64,000 bases of DNA from Octopus vulgaris (taxonomy: Eukaryota): the NCBI GenBank assembly GCA_951406725.2, contig OX597826.1:64294001-64358000 (forward strand), written 5' to 3'. Position 1 is the first letter of the stretch; the number at the start of each line of letters is the position of its first letter. A model generated the notes under the pieces. That model did not search any database and was not told the origin of the DNA. It saw only the letters and a list, made by a program, of their open reading frames with translations. Positions 53,601-63,665 of this stretch are shown one piece after another. Both the position numbers and the translations under genes were made by a program.

Positions 53601-56600
53601 AATGAGGGTTGGTGTGAGAGGCCAGATCTGACCAGTTTGAACATAAAAAAACGGAAGAATATTTTGGCTGGATATGGCCAGTTTAAATGCCAAAGGGTTA
53701 AGCAAAAATACACTGCCTTTATTTTTATTAATTTTGAAGATAATGAAGAATTTACTAAAATAACTCGTTATTGAGCAATGTTTGAAACATAAATTAACAT
53801 GAAAATTTGATGGCAGGTTTTAATTGAGATCATTTTAAAACAGGAAGTTTAAATAATAGATCCAGGGTTAGTCTGAGGAAAACTGGGATAAAGAGTGACC
53901 TTAACATAAGGTCAACTCTGATTGAGCAGATCTTTATATGATCAATGATATTCCAGTCTTCAATGTTGGAAATCTTTCCTCATAAAGAAATCCCCTGCCT
54001 TAATATTTCAAGTCTCTGCTTTAAATATTCAAATCTCACATTTCTTGTAACATATTTATTTACCTTATTGTATATAGTGCTTAGGTGTACAACAACAACT
54101 TCACCTTAGGCTATTCTCTTTCTCTTTTACTTGTTTCAGTCATTTGACTGCGGCCATGCTGGAGCACTGCCTTTAATTGAGCAACTCGACCCCTGGACTT
54201 ATTCTTTGTAAGCCCAGTACTTATTCTATCGGTCTCTTTTGCTGAACCGCTAAGTGATGGGGACATAAACACACCAGCATCGGTTGTCAAGCAATGCTAA
54301 GGGGACAAACACAGACACACAAACATACACACACAAACATACACGCACACACACATATATATATACATATATACGATGGGCTTCTTTCAGTTTCCGTCTA
54401 CCAAATCCACTCACAAGGCTTTGGTTGGCCCGAGGCTATAGCAGAAGACACTTACCCAAGGTGCCACACAGTGGGACTGAACCCAGTACCATGTGGTTGG
54501 TAAACAAGCTACTTACCACACAGCCACTCCTGCGCCTATTATAGAAGAAATTTGCCCAAGGTGCTGCAAAGTGAGACTGAACCCCAAACCACATAGCTGA
54601 GGAGTGAAATTCTTCACCTCACAACCATGCTTGCACCTATACATACAAAACTAGCACATAATCTATACTTACATACAATTTATGCATGTACAAACACATA
54701 CATCAATAAAATTTAAAAAATCATGAATGCATATATGCAAATAGATATATGCATGCTTGTGAATGTGCCTGTTAGTATGTATAAATTTATGTGCTGAAAA
54801 GTTCCTTGCTTTAAGGGTATTGTGAAAGGCCTGGTTGGAGGTCCAACCTTCTGAGTTCTTTTACAGGGCTTAGAAAAACAAAGGACAGCTGCAATAAGTG
54901 TGTGAATATACTATTACCTGAGACTATAGTAGAAGACACTTGCCCAAGGCATGCCATCCTCACTATTGGTGCACCCTCTGACTTACAGTGACACACTTAT
55001 TTCAAAACTCCACTTTAGCATTATTAGTGTCCACCCAGAATATTCTGAAGCATCCCCAAACACCAAAGTCTACTGATCCTCCTGTATTTTCTTTGACCCC
55101 AAAGCCAGTAACTTTCAGTACACCCTCAAATGAATATAACTGCACATATGTACTCACATGCATGATATCACAGCAAATACAGCTTTGACAGACATTCAAC
55201 TTTCAAACAATAACAACAACAGAAATAAATAACGATATAAGACAAAGAAAACAAACAAAAAAGCGATAGTAAGAAGATTGGGGAGATGGGGATAAGACGA
55301 ATGAAGAGCTAGTGTGTCATAACATGTGCTGGATGTCGCTGTATGTGTCAAGATAAAATGACAGAAGATCTGTTGGTCCAAGTCACAACAAACTTGGTTC
55401 ATGTAGGTGAATGGTACTTAGTTATCTCTATTATCAAAAACAAAAGTGAAAGGTCAAGTTATTGTTATTGTTGTAATTGTTGAATTCCAGGTACATCTTG
55501 ACATTATTTTAAAAAATTTCCTAGACCCCTAAGAACTCATAAGTTTGGATATCAGTTTCCATGGTGTATAAATGACTGAGATCACAGCATTTTCAGAACA
55601 GAAGGGTGGTCTGTTGCAGGATTCTTGATTTAGTAGCAACCATCAATCAAAGCTATTTCCAGCATTTTTCAAGGTACAGGTCATCCAGGACAATATTTTT
55701 TAATGTCATTTTTTCTTTTCTTTTTCTTTTTTTGTTTGAAGACAGGTGCAGGCATGGCTGTGTGGTAAGAAGCTTGCAATTTTGCAACCATGTGGTTGCC
55801 AAGCAACTTCTAAACCACACAACCATGCTGGCTAAGAATTTAAAAAAAAATGATTTTATGGCTTAGTCAGGAGAGAAAATACAACAGCCAAGCTCTTTTT
55901 CATGGGCCCCATAACTTAACCAATTTTCCTCAGACAGGAGACCTGGTACAAATGCTTGCAGCAGAAAGAACTCCACTAAAGGCACCCAAGGATCAGAAGA
56001 TAGTGGTGTTAAACAGGAGAATGAATCAAGTCTATCACTCAAGAACAAGACACTCCTTTGATGGGTTTCTGTATAGTTTCCATCTACTAAATTTTACTCA
56101 AAAGATCTTGGTTGACCAGGGATTACAACAGAGGACATCTGCCCAAGATGCTGTACAGCAGAAAAGAACTCAAAACCAGATAATTGTGCAGTAAACTTAT
56201 TCACCACATGACCACACCTGCAAGCACTGAACTGGAACGGTATTGATATCTCATCCATCCATTTAACCCTTTAGCATTCAAATTGTTCAGTCAAATGTAA
56301 TGATTATTTACTCTTTACTCTTTTTACTCTTTTACTTGTTTCAGTCATGTGACTGTGGCCATGCTGGAGCACCACCTTTAATCAAGTAAATCGACCCCAG
56401 GACTTATTCTTTGTAAAAGGTGTAGGTAGAAACTCTATAAGATGCACCAAGTGTAAGCTATGGACACATAAGAGATGCAGCAATGTCAAAGGAAGGCTAA
56501 CTAGGAAGATGGTTTTTGTATGTGGCAGATGCTCAGGAACAATAAACACTGAAAATGCTCTGAGACCAACTTCCGTCACTTTCCAGGGAGAAAAACTAGA

Positions 56601-59420
56601 AATAGTTGATAGTTTCCGTTACCTAGGTGACCAAGTCAGCAGCGGGGGCGGGTGTGCTGAAAGTGTAACTGCTAGAGTAAGAATAGCTTGGGCAAAGTTC
56701 AGAGAGCTCTTACCTCTGCTGGTGACAAAAGGCCTCTCGCACAGAGTGAAAGGCAGACTGTATGATGCGTGTGTACGAACAGCCATGCTACATGGCAGTG
56801 AAACATGGGCCGTGACTGCTGAGGATATGCGTAAGCTCGCTAGAAATGAAGCCAGTATGCTCCGATGGATGTGTAATGCCGGTACTCACACTCGGCAGAG
56901 TGTAAGTACCTTGAGAGAAAAGCTGGACCTAAGAAGCATCAGTTGTGGTGTGCAAGAGAGACGTTTGCGCTGGTATGGTCATGTGGCGAGAATGGATGAA
57001 GATAGTTGTGTGAAAAAGTGCCACACCCTAGCGGTTGAGGGAACCTGTGGAAGAGGCAGACCCAGGAAAACCTGGGACGAGGTGGTGAAGCACGACCTTC
57101 GAACTTTAGGTCTCACTGAGGAAATGACTAGAGACCGAGACCTCTGGAAGTGTGCTGTGCGCGAGAAGACCCGGCAGGACAAGTGAGTCCACAACCCGTG
57201 GCCTTCTACATGGGATGGAGCCAGCCTACGTATGCATACCTTCCCTTCTTGGGACACAAAACTCTACTTGTGAAGACGTGTTGAGGCAAGTGAGGATCAG
57301 AATCGAAATCGATCAATGGAAATTGCGGATGTGCTACCAGTGCCGGTGGCATGTCGAAACTCTGCTTGTGAAGACCCATTGAGGCAAGTGAGGATCAGAA
57401 TCGAAATCGATCAATGGAAATCGATCAATGGAAATTGCAGATGTGTTACCAGTGCCGGTGGCATGTAAGAGAACTTTCCGTTTCGCGACCGTTGCCAGCA
57501 CCGCCCCGTTTCGTGTCCGTTGCCAGCCTCGCCTGGCCCTCGTGCCGGTGGCACATAAAAAGCACCATCCGTTCGTGGCCGTTTGCCAGCTCTGTCTGGC
57601 ACCAGTGCGGGTGGCACGTAAAAAGCACCCACTACACTCACGGAGTGGTTGGCGTTAGGAAGGGCATCCAGCCGTAGAAACACTGCCAGATTTGACTGGG
57701 CCTGATGAAGCCTTCTGGCTTCACAGACCCCAGTAGAACCGTCCAACCCATGCTAGCATGGAAAACGGACGCTAAATGATGATGATGATGATGAAGCCTA
57801 GTACTTATTCTTGTTAGAAATAGCAACTAAATCTCATTCATGTCACATCAACCATCTAAAATATAAAGGACACATAAGATAGGTTTATTTGTACCGTGCA
57901 CCTTATAAAGAGTAAGTTTCAATGGACTTGCAAATTAGATAGACAAAATTATTTCAATTTCAAAGTTTCATTTTTCTTGCAAGCTAGTGTGATTTATCAT
58001 GATGGATCAAAAGATTAGAATACTTACCTAGTAAGCTTAGTCTTATTTGCTGTTTAAAGCAAGGATCTGGTTCAAACTTTTTAATCCATTCTTTACACAT
58101 ATCTTCAGTGACTGTCTTCTCCTGTAATGAAAGTTGTATATAAGTATGTAACTACTCTAGTTAATGTAATGAAATTTATACATTAATGTAATGCAATGCA
58201 TAAATATATACCTAGACAGGTTAATGTAATGAAAGCTGTAACACACAGAAGATATAAAGCAAAACTAAATACATAAACTCAATACTTCAAATGCAATGAT
58301 CCTAAGCTTCCTTATCTGGAGCTGTAGTACGTCTCATTATGAAGAGTTGCAATAAGAACTCTCTTGTATATAGTGTTATAATAAGTGACAATACATAGTG
58401 TTCCAAAACCTCTCTTTTTACAGAGATTTAGGGTGGATATTCACAATTGTGAAGCTGGGAAGACCACTATCCAAGGAATTATTCAATACATTGATATGTA
58501 GAGCTGAAGAAGGCTTATTTGTAGTTGCCCAATGATGATCTTTGAATGAAATATGTAGAGTTGTAGTAAGTCTCTTTATGCAGAGTTGCACTAAGAACAC
58601 TTATGCAAAGTTGTAGTATACCAGGTACAGGCATGACTGTATGATTTGATGGAATTTTCCATCTACTCCCAGCTTGTCAAGCAACTATAGTAAGGCTCTA
58701 TCATTGCTTCATATAGTTGGGGTAGGTTGTTTATCACTTAACTTGGCCTTAATTTAGTCTAGCTGTTACCATTCTGTTTGTCTTTATTTTTATTTTTTTC
58801 ATCAGAAACATTGTACCTAATATTATATTATCTAATGTCTCTAGGTTTAATGGTTCAAACTAGAACTGGGCTAAACATGTTATTATGTAGAGATTCCTTT
58901 GTACACTCAAAATAGATTACCAGTCAAATACTAGGGTTCATGTAATTCATTTGACCCTTCTCCTCAAAATTGCAGGCCTTGTGTCAAAATTTGAAATTAT
59001 TATTATTATTATTATTATGATTAAGGCAGCAAGCTGGCAGAATCGTTAGCACACAAGGTAAAATACTAAGCAGTATTTTGTCCATCTTTACGTTTTGAGC
59101 TCAACTTCTGCTGAGGTCAACTTTGCTTTTCAACCTTTTGTGGTCGATAAATTAAGTACCAGTGAAACATTGGAGTTGATGTAATTGACTAATCTCCACC
59201 CCCACCCCCAAATTTCAGGCCTTGTGCCTTCAGTAGGAAGGATTACTATTATTATTATTATTATTATTATTATAAATATTGTTAATATATTATCATTTTC
59301 TTGTGTAGCCATGCAGAAAAGATTTATAGTATAAACCAAGAAATTTATTTTACCTTTTGTTGTTGCTTTAGAAATTTGAGGAGATCTCCTGAAGATAAGT
59401 ATGATTTACCACGCACATAC
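7569..59420 (-). CDS. PLCD: Phosphoinositide phospholipase C, delta type (multi-exon, 5'-incomplete in window; EF-hand part, X, Y, C2)
   Basis: 14 exons with GT..AG boundaries and matching phases join into one frame of 1585 nt. Motifs: [114 protein letters not shown]2 domain. The protein ends right after C2, as delta-type PLCs do (no beta/eta tail, no gamma SH2/SH3 insert). Confidence 0.93.
8951..9097 (-). CDS. PLCD: PLC exon (C2) [49 protein letters not shown]
   Basis: ttgtag acceptor, G|gtaagt donor; NGFNP.W and DYD...DFIG Ca-ligand motifs. Confidence 0.96.
9330..9472 (+). mobile_element. 3' end of CR1/L2-like LINE with (ATT)n tail
   Basis: Near-identical to 45735-45823 (gaaactacacctgattatatatacactttagatgagttgtagtgcacctgagcactgtacacaattatt). 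Confidence 0.7.
9697..9832 (-). CDS. PLCD: PLC exon (C2) [45 protein letters not shown]
   Basis: cttcag acceptor, G|gtaaat donor; ISA.QLPK and DP.V.IEIHG motifs. Confidence 0.96.
9961..10491 (+). mobile_element. Internally deleted mariner element
   Basis: 30-bp TIRs (gttgtccggaaagttcgtgccgattt / aaatcagcacgaactttccggacaac), TA on both sides; ORF 10143..10418 fuses the transposase N-terminus (HFRHLMLWE) to the C-terminus (FFARKP...[20 protein letters not shown]). Confidence 0.9.
10780..11085 (+). mobile_element. Second mariner transposase remnant
   Basis: [12 protein letters not shown] motif joined to FADVEE.K....[21 protein letters not shown]. Confidence 0.75.
11574..11620 (-). CDS. PLCD: PLC short exon (Y-C2 junction) [16 protein letters not shown]
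   Basis: 47 nt; ttgcaccag acceptor after an AG-free tract of about 100 nt; AAG|gtaaga donor; phase 1 to 0 bridges the flanking exons and supplies the first C2 strand. Confidence 0.85.
11871..12102 (+). mobile_element. RTE-tail / SINE fragment with gtggcacgtaaaaagcacc modules
   Basis: Same modules and cactacactctcggagtggttggc..ggaagggcatccagctg core as 57430-57790. Confidence 0.7.
12424..12531 (-). CDS. PLCD: PLC exon (Y-box end) [36 protein letters not shown]
   Basis: tttccag acceptor, G|gtactg donor; ALNYQT and NG.CGY.LKP motifs. Confidence 0.95.
12618..13084 (+). mobile_element. CR1-like LINE 3' fragment
   Basis: [39 protein letters not shown], typical of CR1/L2 ORF2 C-terminus; (AACT)n tail; reverse copy at 33345-33528. 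Confidence 0.85.
14173..14355 (-). CDS. PLCD: PLC exon (Y box) [11 protein letters not shown]...[28 protein letters not shown]
   Basis: ttttccag acceptor, G|gtaagt donor; R.YP...R.DSSNY motif. Confidence 0.96.
14886..15191 (+). mobile_element. RTE-LINE 3' end / derived SINE with (GAT)n tail
   Basis: Matches 57540-57793 including aacccatgc..gcatggaaa and the gatgatgatg tail. Confidence 0.8.
16629..16854 (-). CDS. PLCD: PLC exon (acidic X-Y linker, Y-box start) [29 protein letters not shown]...[21 protein letters not shown]
   Basis: catttcag acceptor, G|gtaaga donor, phase 0 to 1; within ORF 16573..16875. Confidence 0.93.
18345..18730 (-). mobile_element. Family B SINE (diverged)
   Basis: Colinear with 36186-36616. 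Confidence 0.65.
19471..21155 (+). mobile_element. Internally deleted Helitron with PIF1-type helicase C-terminal remnant
   Basis: A|TCTTAATATATAAA 5' end; 3' hairpin TAACCTGG-gcaatg-CCAGGTTA then CTAG|T at 21152-21155; helicase motifs LLKIGNG, VFPN...[17 protein letters not shown]...[19 protein letters not shown]...LCNGT, QFPV.L...I.INKSQ, FSH.QLYVA, NIVY.EVL. Confidence 0.9.
20265..20995 (+). pseudogene. Helitron RepHel helicase domain remnant (broken frame upstream of ORF 20486..20995)
   Basis: Stop and frameshift near 20480; substitutions in conserved motifs (KSQTHSL, ACLQV). Confidence 0.85.
21614..21695. repeat. Perfect 40-bp tandem duplication
   Basis: aattatacataatttaaataattaacagatgactgaaaat x2. 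Confidence 0.85.
22950..23738 (+). pseudogene. Decayed ubiquitin-specific protease (peptidase C19)-like sequence
   Basis: Open frame 23517-23738 reads ...[34 protein letters not shown] (His box plus Asp). Upstream FHCYYCG (finger CxxC, about 23240) and a broken N....TC..INA..AQALL (Cys-box-like, 22956-23017) occur in the correct order. Confidence 0.6.
25300..26012. repeat. Compound (TA)n/(CA)n/(TACA)n microsatellite tract
   Basis: Directly visible; source of many spurious Y/I/H/T-rich ORFs. Confidence 0.9.
26810..27340 (+). mobile_element. RTE-LINE 3'UTR copy with (GAT)n tail
   Basis: gaagacctgttggggcaagtg element, gtggcac..aaaagcac modules and tail as in 57260-57793. Confidence 0.8.
29368..29880 (+). 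repeat. Interspersed repeat of unknown class between (AAT)n tracts
   Basis: 29460-29625 is the reverse complement of about 13345-13505. Confidence 0.6.
29895..30722 (-). mobile_element. Cluster of 3-4 family A SINEs separated by (AAT)n
   Basis: Repeated gaatttgaactcagaa / ctgccagct heads ending at about 30078, 30302 and 30722. Confidence 0.75.
32000..32212. mobile_element. piggyBac-type MITE
   Basis: TTAA-CCCTTTAGCATT ... AATGGTAAAGGG-TTAA; reverse-oriented copy at 53479-53701, partial copies near 9115-9160, 15780-15945 and 56264-56310. Confidence 0.8.
33345..33528 (-). mobile_element. CR1-like LINE 3' end
   Basis: Reverse complement of about 12895-13084; [14 protein letters not shown] motif; (TTAG)n. 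Confidence 0.8.
36186..36616 (-). mobile_element. Family B tRNA-derived SINE, full length
   Basis: Minus-strand head taggcgcaggagtggctgtgtggtaag...gggttcagtccc, cttgggcaa core, internal (TG)n, tail aagagtaaaagagta; close copies at 54115-54540 and 59545-59937. Confidence 0.85.
37087..37223. repeat. (GA)n microsatellite
   Basis: Directly visible. Confidence 0.9.
37520..37900 (-). mobile_element. Family B SINE (diverged)
   Basis: Colinear with 36186-36616. Confidence 0.65.
38038..38779 (-). mobile_element. RTE (BovB-like) LINE 3' fragment
   Basis: [24 protein letters not shown]...[15 protein letters not shown]...[42 protein letters not shown]; 3' end ccattgtctcccgagacagaaaggatgcc. Confidence 0.9.
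45212..45285 (-). CDS. PLCD: PLC exon (X-box end) [25 protein letters not shown]
   Basis: aaacag acceptor, AAG|gtaaaa donor, phase 1 to 0; PSP..L..KIL.K motif. Confidence 0.94.
45553..45823 (+). mobile_element. CR1/L2-like LINE 3' fragment (internally deleted)
   Basis: [25 protein letters not shown]...KVI...NTRGH and (ATT)n tail. Confidence 0.8.
46861..46946 (-). CDS. PLCD: PLC exon (X box) [28 protein letters not shown]
   Basis: tgtttcag acceptor, A|gtatcc donor; ENHC motif. Confidence 0.95.
47125..47380. mobile_element. hAT (Charlie-like) MITE
   Basis: Ends CAATGTTTCTCAA / TTGAGAACCAGTA; imperfect 8-bp TSD gtctagag / gcttagag; related fragment at about 12240-12391. Confidence 0.65.
48301..48421 (-). 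CDS. PLCD: PLC exon (X box) [41 protein letters not shown]
   Basis: tgcag acceptor, CC|gtgagt donor; second catalytic His (YHG). Confidence 0.96.
48970..49390 (-). mobile_element. Family B SINE (diverged)
   Basis: Colinear with 36186-36616. Confidence 0.6.
49435..49520 (-). CDS. PLCD: PLC exon (X box) [28 protein letters not shown]
   Basis: ttttcag acceptor, T|gtaagt donor; overlaps ORF 49211..49516. Confidence 0.96.
49545..49764. mobile_element. Two RTE 3' ends joined tail-to-tail
   Basis: Plus copy 49545-49720 and short minus copy 49721-49764 meet at gatgatga/tcatcatc. Confidence 0.85.
50385..50792 (-). mobile_element. Family B SINE
   Basis: Colinear with 36186-36616. Confidence 0.7.
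52600..52835 (+). mobile_element. Family A SINE nested in a plus-strand family B SINE fragment
   Basis: Highly similar to 93-325. Confidence 0.8.
53285..53402 (-). CDS. PLCD: PLC exon (EF end / X-box start) [40 protein letters not shown]
   Basis: ttttacag acceptor, AC|gtaagt donor; first catalytic His-Asn (SSHNT). Confidence 0.96.
53479..53701. mobile_element. piggyBac-type MITE
   Basis: TTAA-CCCTTTAGCATT ... AATGCCAAAGGG-TTAA. Confidence 0.8.
54115..54540 (-). mobile_element. Family B SINE, full length, young
   Basis: Near-identical to 36186-36616 and 59545-59937. Confidence 0.85.
56416..57793 (+). mobile_element. 5'-truncated RTE-clade LINE with uninterrupted ORF end, inserted in a family B SINE
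   Basis: Open frame 56416-57186: [22 protein letters not shown]...[54 protein letters not shown]; 3'UTR and (GAT)n tail; host SINE resumes as aagcctagtacttattc. Confidence 0.92.
58028..58121 (-). CDS. PLCD: PLC exon (EF-hand region) [31 protein letters not shown]
   Basis: ttacag acceptor, G|gtaagt donor, phase 0 to 1; 'I.KFEP' motif. Confidence 0.9.
59022..59245 (+). mobile_element. Family A SINE between (ATT)n tracts
   Basis: ggcagcaagctggcagaatcgttagc head. Confidence 0.7.
59354..59420 (-). CDS. PLCD: PLC exon (EF-hand region) [22 protein letters not shown]
   Basis: aag acceptor, AAG|gtaaaa donor, phase 2 to 0; resembles the PLC EF-hand 'L..FL...Q' segment. Confidence 0.8.
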
Positions 59421-59544
59421 CTTTCAAATTTAATAAACAAATTGATTAATTAGCTGATGAATTAATAACAAAAATAGCACAAAACAAAATGGAATATGTG
59501 AAGATTTCATATATATTTTCTCAAATCAAATATTATTTTATCTC

Positions 59545-59937
59545 TCTTTTTACTTGTTTCAGTCATGTTGACTGTGGCCATGCTGGAGCACCGCCTTTAA
59601 TCGAGCAACTCGACCCCAGGACTTATTCTTTGTAAGCCCAGTACTTATTCTATTGGTCTATTTTGCTGAACCGCTAAGTGACGGGAACATAAACACACCA
59701 GCATCGGTTGTCAAGCAATGCTAGGGGGACAAACACAGACACAAAAGCATACACGCACATACATATATATACATATATACGATGGGCTTCTTTCAGTTTC
59801 CGTCTACCAAATCCACTCACAAGGCTTTGGACGGCCCGAGGCTATAGTAGAAGACACTTGCCCAAGATGCCTCGCAGTGGGACTGAACCCGGAACCATGT
59901 GGTTGGTAAGCAAGCTACTTACCACACAGCCACTCCT
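59545..59937 (-). mobile_element. Family B SINE, young
   Basis: Near-identical to 54115-54540. Confidence 0.85.
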
Positions 59938-61230
59938 AGGTAATTATTGATGATGATCATCAGCAAAATTTATGTGGCAAAATGGTAAGTTTGGATAATA
60001 GTTTGTATATTATGAAATTGAAATGGCATCTGAAGTTTTGGGACTGACCCTTCAATGGAGGGAAAAAAATTTACCTTTCTGATGAAGTATCAATCTTAAA
60101 ATGCCAAATTATTTTCTACAAACCAATCTGTATAATTTTATGAGTTGAAATATGACAGGTTTCTTCCTTTTACTTTGTTTCAGTCAATAAACCGTGGCCA
60201 TACTGGGGCACTAATTTGAAGGGTTTAGTCAGACAAACTGACCCCAAATACTTATTCTATCATTTTTGTCGAACACCTAAGTTATGGGGATGTAAAAAAA
60301 AGACAACACCAATTATCAAGTGATGCTGAGACATAAACACAAACACACACACACACACATATATATATTTAACCATGATGAGCTTTCACAGAGTTTTTGC
60401 CTACCAACTTCATTCACAAGGCATACACACACACACACACACATACATTATATATATGTACATATACACACACATATATATATAAGCACATTTCAGAAAT
60501 CATCAATGGTATTTCAAATATAACCGCTTTATTATTATTTTTTTAAAGTATAGAGTAACTAGTGTAACATTTTCAACTGAGACATTTTTTTATTTAAAAA
60601 AAGGGCCCAATGTTATTTGAAGAGTTTTAGGCAATTAATTCTAGCAGATCAAGCAACAATGTAACCCCCATAAAGGTTCTCTCACTACCATTTGTAATTT
60701 AATAGTTTGACTAATAGGTTATTAACAAACCAGCCAGTTCTGTATATGAAGGATAGCAGTTCAAACAGCAAGCAACTGTAAAAAAAATATTTAATTTTTC
60801 TCTTTGTCAATATTTGTATTGCTGTGCAGTTTAATGTCATTGATTGACAGTTTTGTTACCATGAAGTTCTACCAGCTGGTGCATTGATAGTCAGAATGCT
60901 CTCTTAGTAAAAAAAAGAATTGTACTCTAGTGAGCACCAATCAATAACATGAGAATGAACACTTACAGGCATATACACACACATCATATGTTTGTGTGTG
61001 TGTGTTTAAAACTTATTTTTATGTAGAGTCATTATAAAAACAAACTGAAAAGTACTCAATACTTTTTTATACATATATTTTGGCAAGAAGAGTGATAGTA
61101 TCTTCGAAGTTTTAGCCTGTTAGACTATGTAAAGCCAAGAGGAATCCAAATGTACCACAGTGTAATTAAGGCTAGCAAACTAAAACTTCAAAGTCACTAT
61201 CACCCTTCTTCATGTAAAAGTATAAGTATT

Positions 61231-61267
<37 letters not shown>

Positions 61268-61485
61268 CACACACACATAATACTTATATATTATATATAT
61301 ACTTTATCAATAAGACTGCAAAAACATCACAAAATCTGTTACTCAGAGTTTCATGTTTCTGTCTGATGAATGGGAATGTGAAACTGAGTACCAGTTTTTG
61401 TGGTGTTTTTGCAGCTTTATAAATAAAGCATATTACTCCACCTTGTTTCACATTTATGTACTTACTCTGGTATGTATGTGTGTGA

Positions 61486-61527
<42 letters not shown>

Positions 61528-62053
61528 AAAATAAGACAAGGTAGAAAATCCTAATTTTATCATGAAATACATTTTGTAACGGTTAGCACAGTTTCTGTCT
61601 TTTTGACTTTGTCATCTAAGATTAAAACAAAAGTGGATATTAATTAAGAAAAACAAATTGATTTAATTGTTTTTCTTCTTAATTAATATCCACCTTTGTC
61701 TTACCCTCGGTTGAAAAACTAAAAAATACAGAAACTGTGCTAACCATTACAATATGTATTTCAGCATTTTCTACCTTGTCTTATTTTCCTTATCCATATC
61801 AACTCGTGTGTCATTTTTCAACATTATATATAGATAGAATACTCTGACTTTTGTTTATGCTGTGGTACAAAAACATAAAAATTATATATTTGTATGCTAT
61901 TTGGATCAAAATTTAAGAAAATCAAATATCTTTTATTGACAATTTATCAAATGTTAATATTATCAGAGAATTTATTGATTGAACTGAAAGAAAAATTGCA
62001 GAAAGAAAAAAATATATTCATTGAACTAAATGAAAAAAAAAAGAAAAATATTG

Positions 62054-62054
<1 letters not shown>

Positions 62055-62086
<32 letters not shown>

Positions 62087-62091
62087 TGTGA

Positions 62092-62147
<56 letters not shown>
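62055..62147. repeat. (TG)n(GA)n compound microsatellite
   Basis: Directly visible. Confidence 0.9.
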
Positions 62148-62151
<4 letters not shown>

Positions 62152-63184
62152 GGAGGAATTTGAAAAGTGTAAAAATAAAAAAAAATTTTTTTTTTTTAAA
62201 TGAATATTTTTCCAAACTAAGATGTTAAAAATAAAACAATTTTTCAAGTTAACTTAAGATTAACAGCATTTATTACCAACATATTTTAAATTGCCTTAAA
62301 CAAATTTAACTCTATAAACATTAGAGAGTAATGTGTTTTCGTGTGTGTATGTGTGTGCATAGGTAAAAAAGAATTTAAAAAAAAATAAATGTAAAGCAAC
62401 AGTGAATAGTAGGGTTTTTTTGTGTCAAAATAGAATAACAACCATCACCTTTGTAATTTTCGTTGAGAGCAAAAGAAAAATATAAAATAGAGCAAATTAA
62501 TAAATAGAAAAAAAACCCTTCACAAGCTAAATTAGTTTAAAATTTAGATGAAAAAGATTTTAAAAATTAAACATTATCATTATTTTCATTTAATTTTGAT
62601 TAGTTGGCTTCAATTACAAATTTTGTCTTCTTGAAATAACCAACCCAAATTTTTCTCAGGTGTTATAATTGTTGTTTAGTCTACTCGAGACCAACTCCTA
62701 ACTGTATTCTGCATTTTTCCCATGCATTGAATATACAAGACTATATCCAGTCTGAGAAACATACTTTTCAAGGTAGAGTATGTAATATGAGTGGATTTGG
62801 CTACTATTTCTACCAGCTCAAGTGACAACGCAGATCCCATTGTTGGTTCTTCAATTTATATGTTGTAGAACAATTAAAAAAAAAATCAAATGTCAATCAG
62901 AATTTGGCAATATCAGAAATGAGCCATTTGAGATGTTCTAGAGTATATTATTTTGTAAACCATTGGGAAAAGTGCCTTCAGATATTCAGTTACAATCTTT
63001 TATATTCTGAGTTCGAAGCTTGTCAAGATTAACTTTGCTTTCATCCCTCTGGGGTTAATAAAATAATGTACCAATGAAATACTGGGATTGATTTAAATGA
63101 CTAACACCTATAACCAGATCTGTGGCCTTGTGCCAATGTTAGAAATCCAATGCTGTGGTTTGATAAGATTATTGGTGCCAGACA

Positions 63185-63665
63185 TTGTTGTTTAATATTA
63201 AGCATATTAAACATGTGGAAGCAAAAAGATAACCAACTATCATTTAGTGACAAAAAAAGATGACCTGTTATTTTTTAATATTTTACATTTAGTGGCAAAA
63301 GATGGCCAATTGAATAATATATATTACCAACCAAATAAGGGTCAACTGTCATATTTTTTGTTTCATGACCTAGATCAGTGGAAAGGTCATTGTTGTCTAA
63401 TACTATACATTTAATGACAAAAATGATGGTTTGCTAAGGTTTAATATTAAGTAGAGACAGATAATTCATTGTTTAATATAAAACATTTTGTGATAAAAGA
63501 ATGGCTAACTGTTATTTAAAATTAAACATTTAATCTGGTGGTTTGTTGTTTCAAATTAGACATTTGGTTTCAAGAAAGCTGGCCCCTTGTTGCTTAATAC
63601 AAAATATTTGGTGACAAAAATGGTCCGTTGTTGTTTCATATTTAAATATTTAGTGACAAAATGTT
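63185..63665. repeat. Degenerate tandem repeat, unit about 40-50 bp
   Basis: Recurring tgttgtttaatattaaacatttagtgacaaaaa(g)atgg-like units. Confidence 0.55.

Noticed and set aside
7569-59420. Possibility that the gene is a catalytically inactive PLC-like (PRIP/PLCL) or eta-type protein
   Set aside because: Both catalytic His, the Ca-binding N/E/D/E and substrate K/K/S/R/Y residues are present, and the frame stops right after C2
60075-60115. Candidate upstream PLC exon (KIIWHFKIDTSSE, AG|gtaaat)
   Set aside because: No resemblance to the expected EF-hand segment; the true upstream exons probably lie beyond 64000
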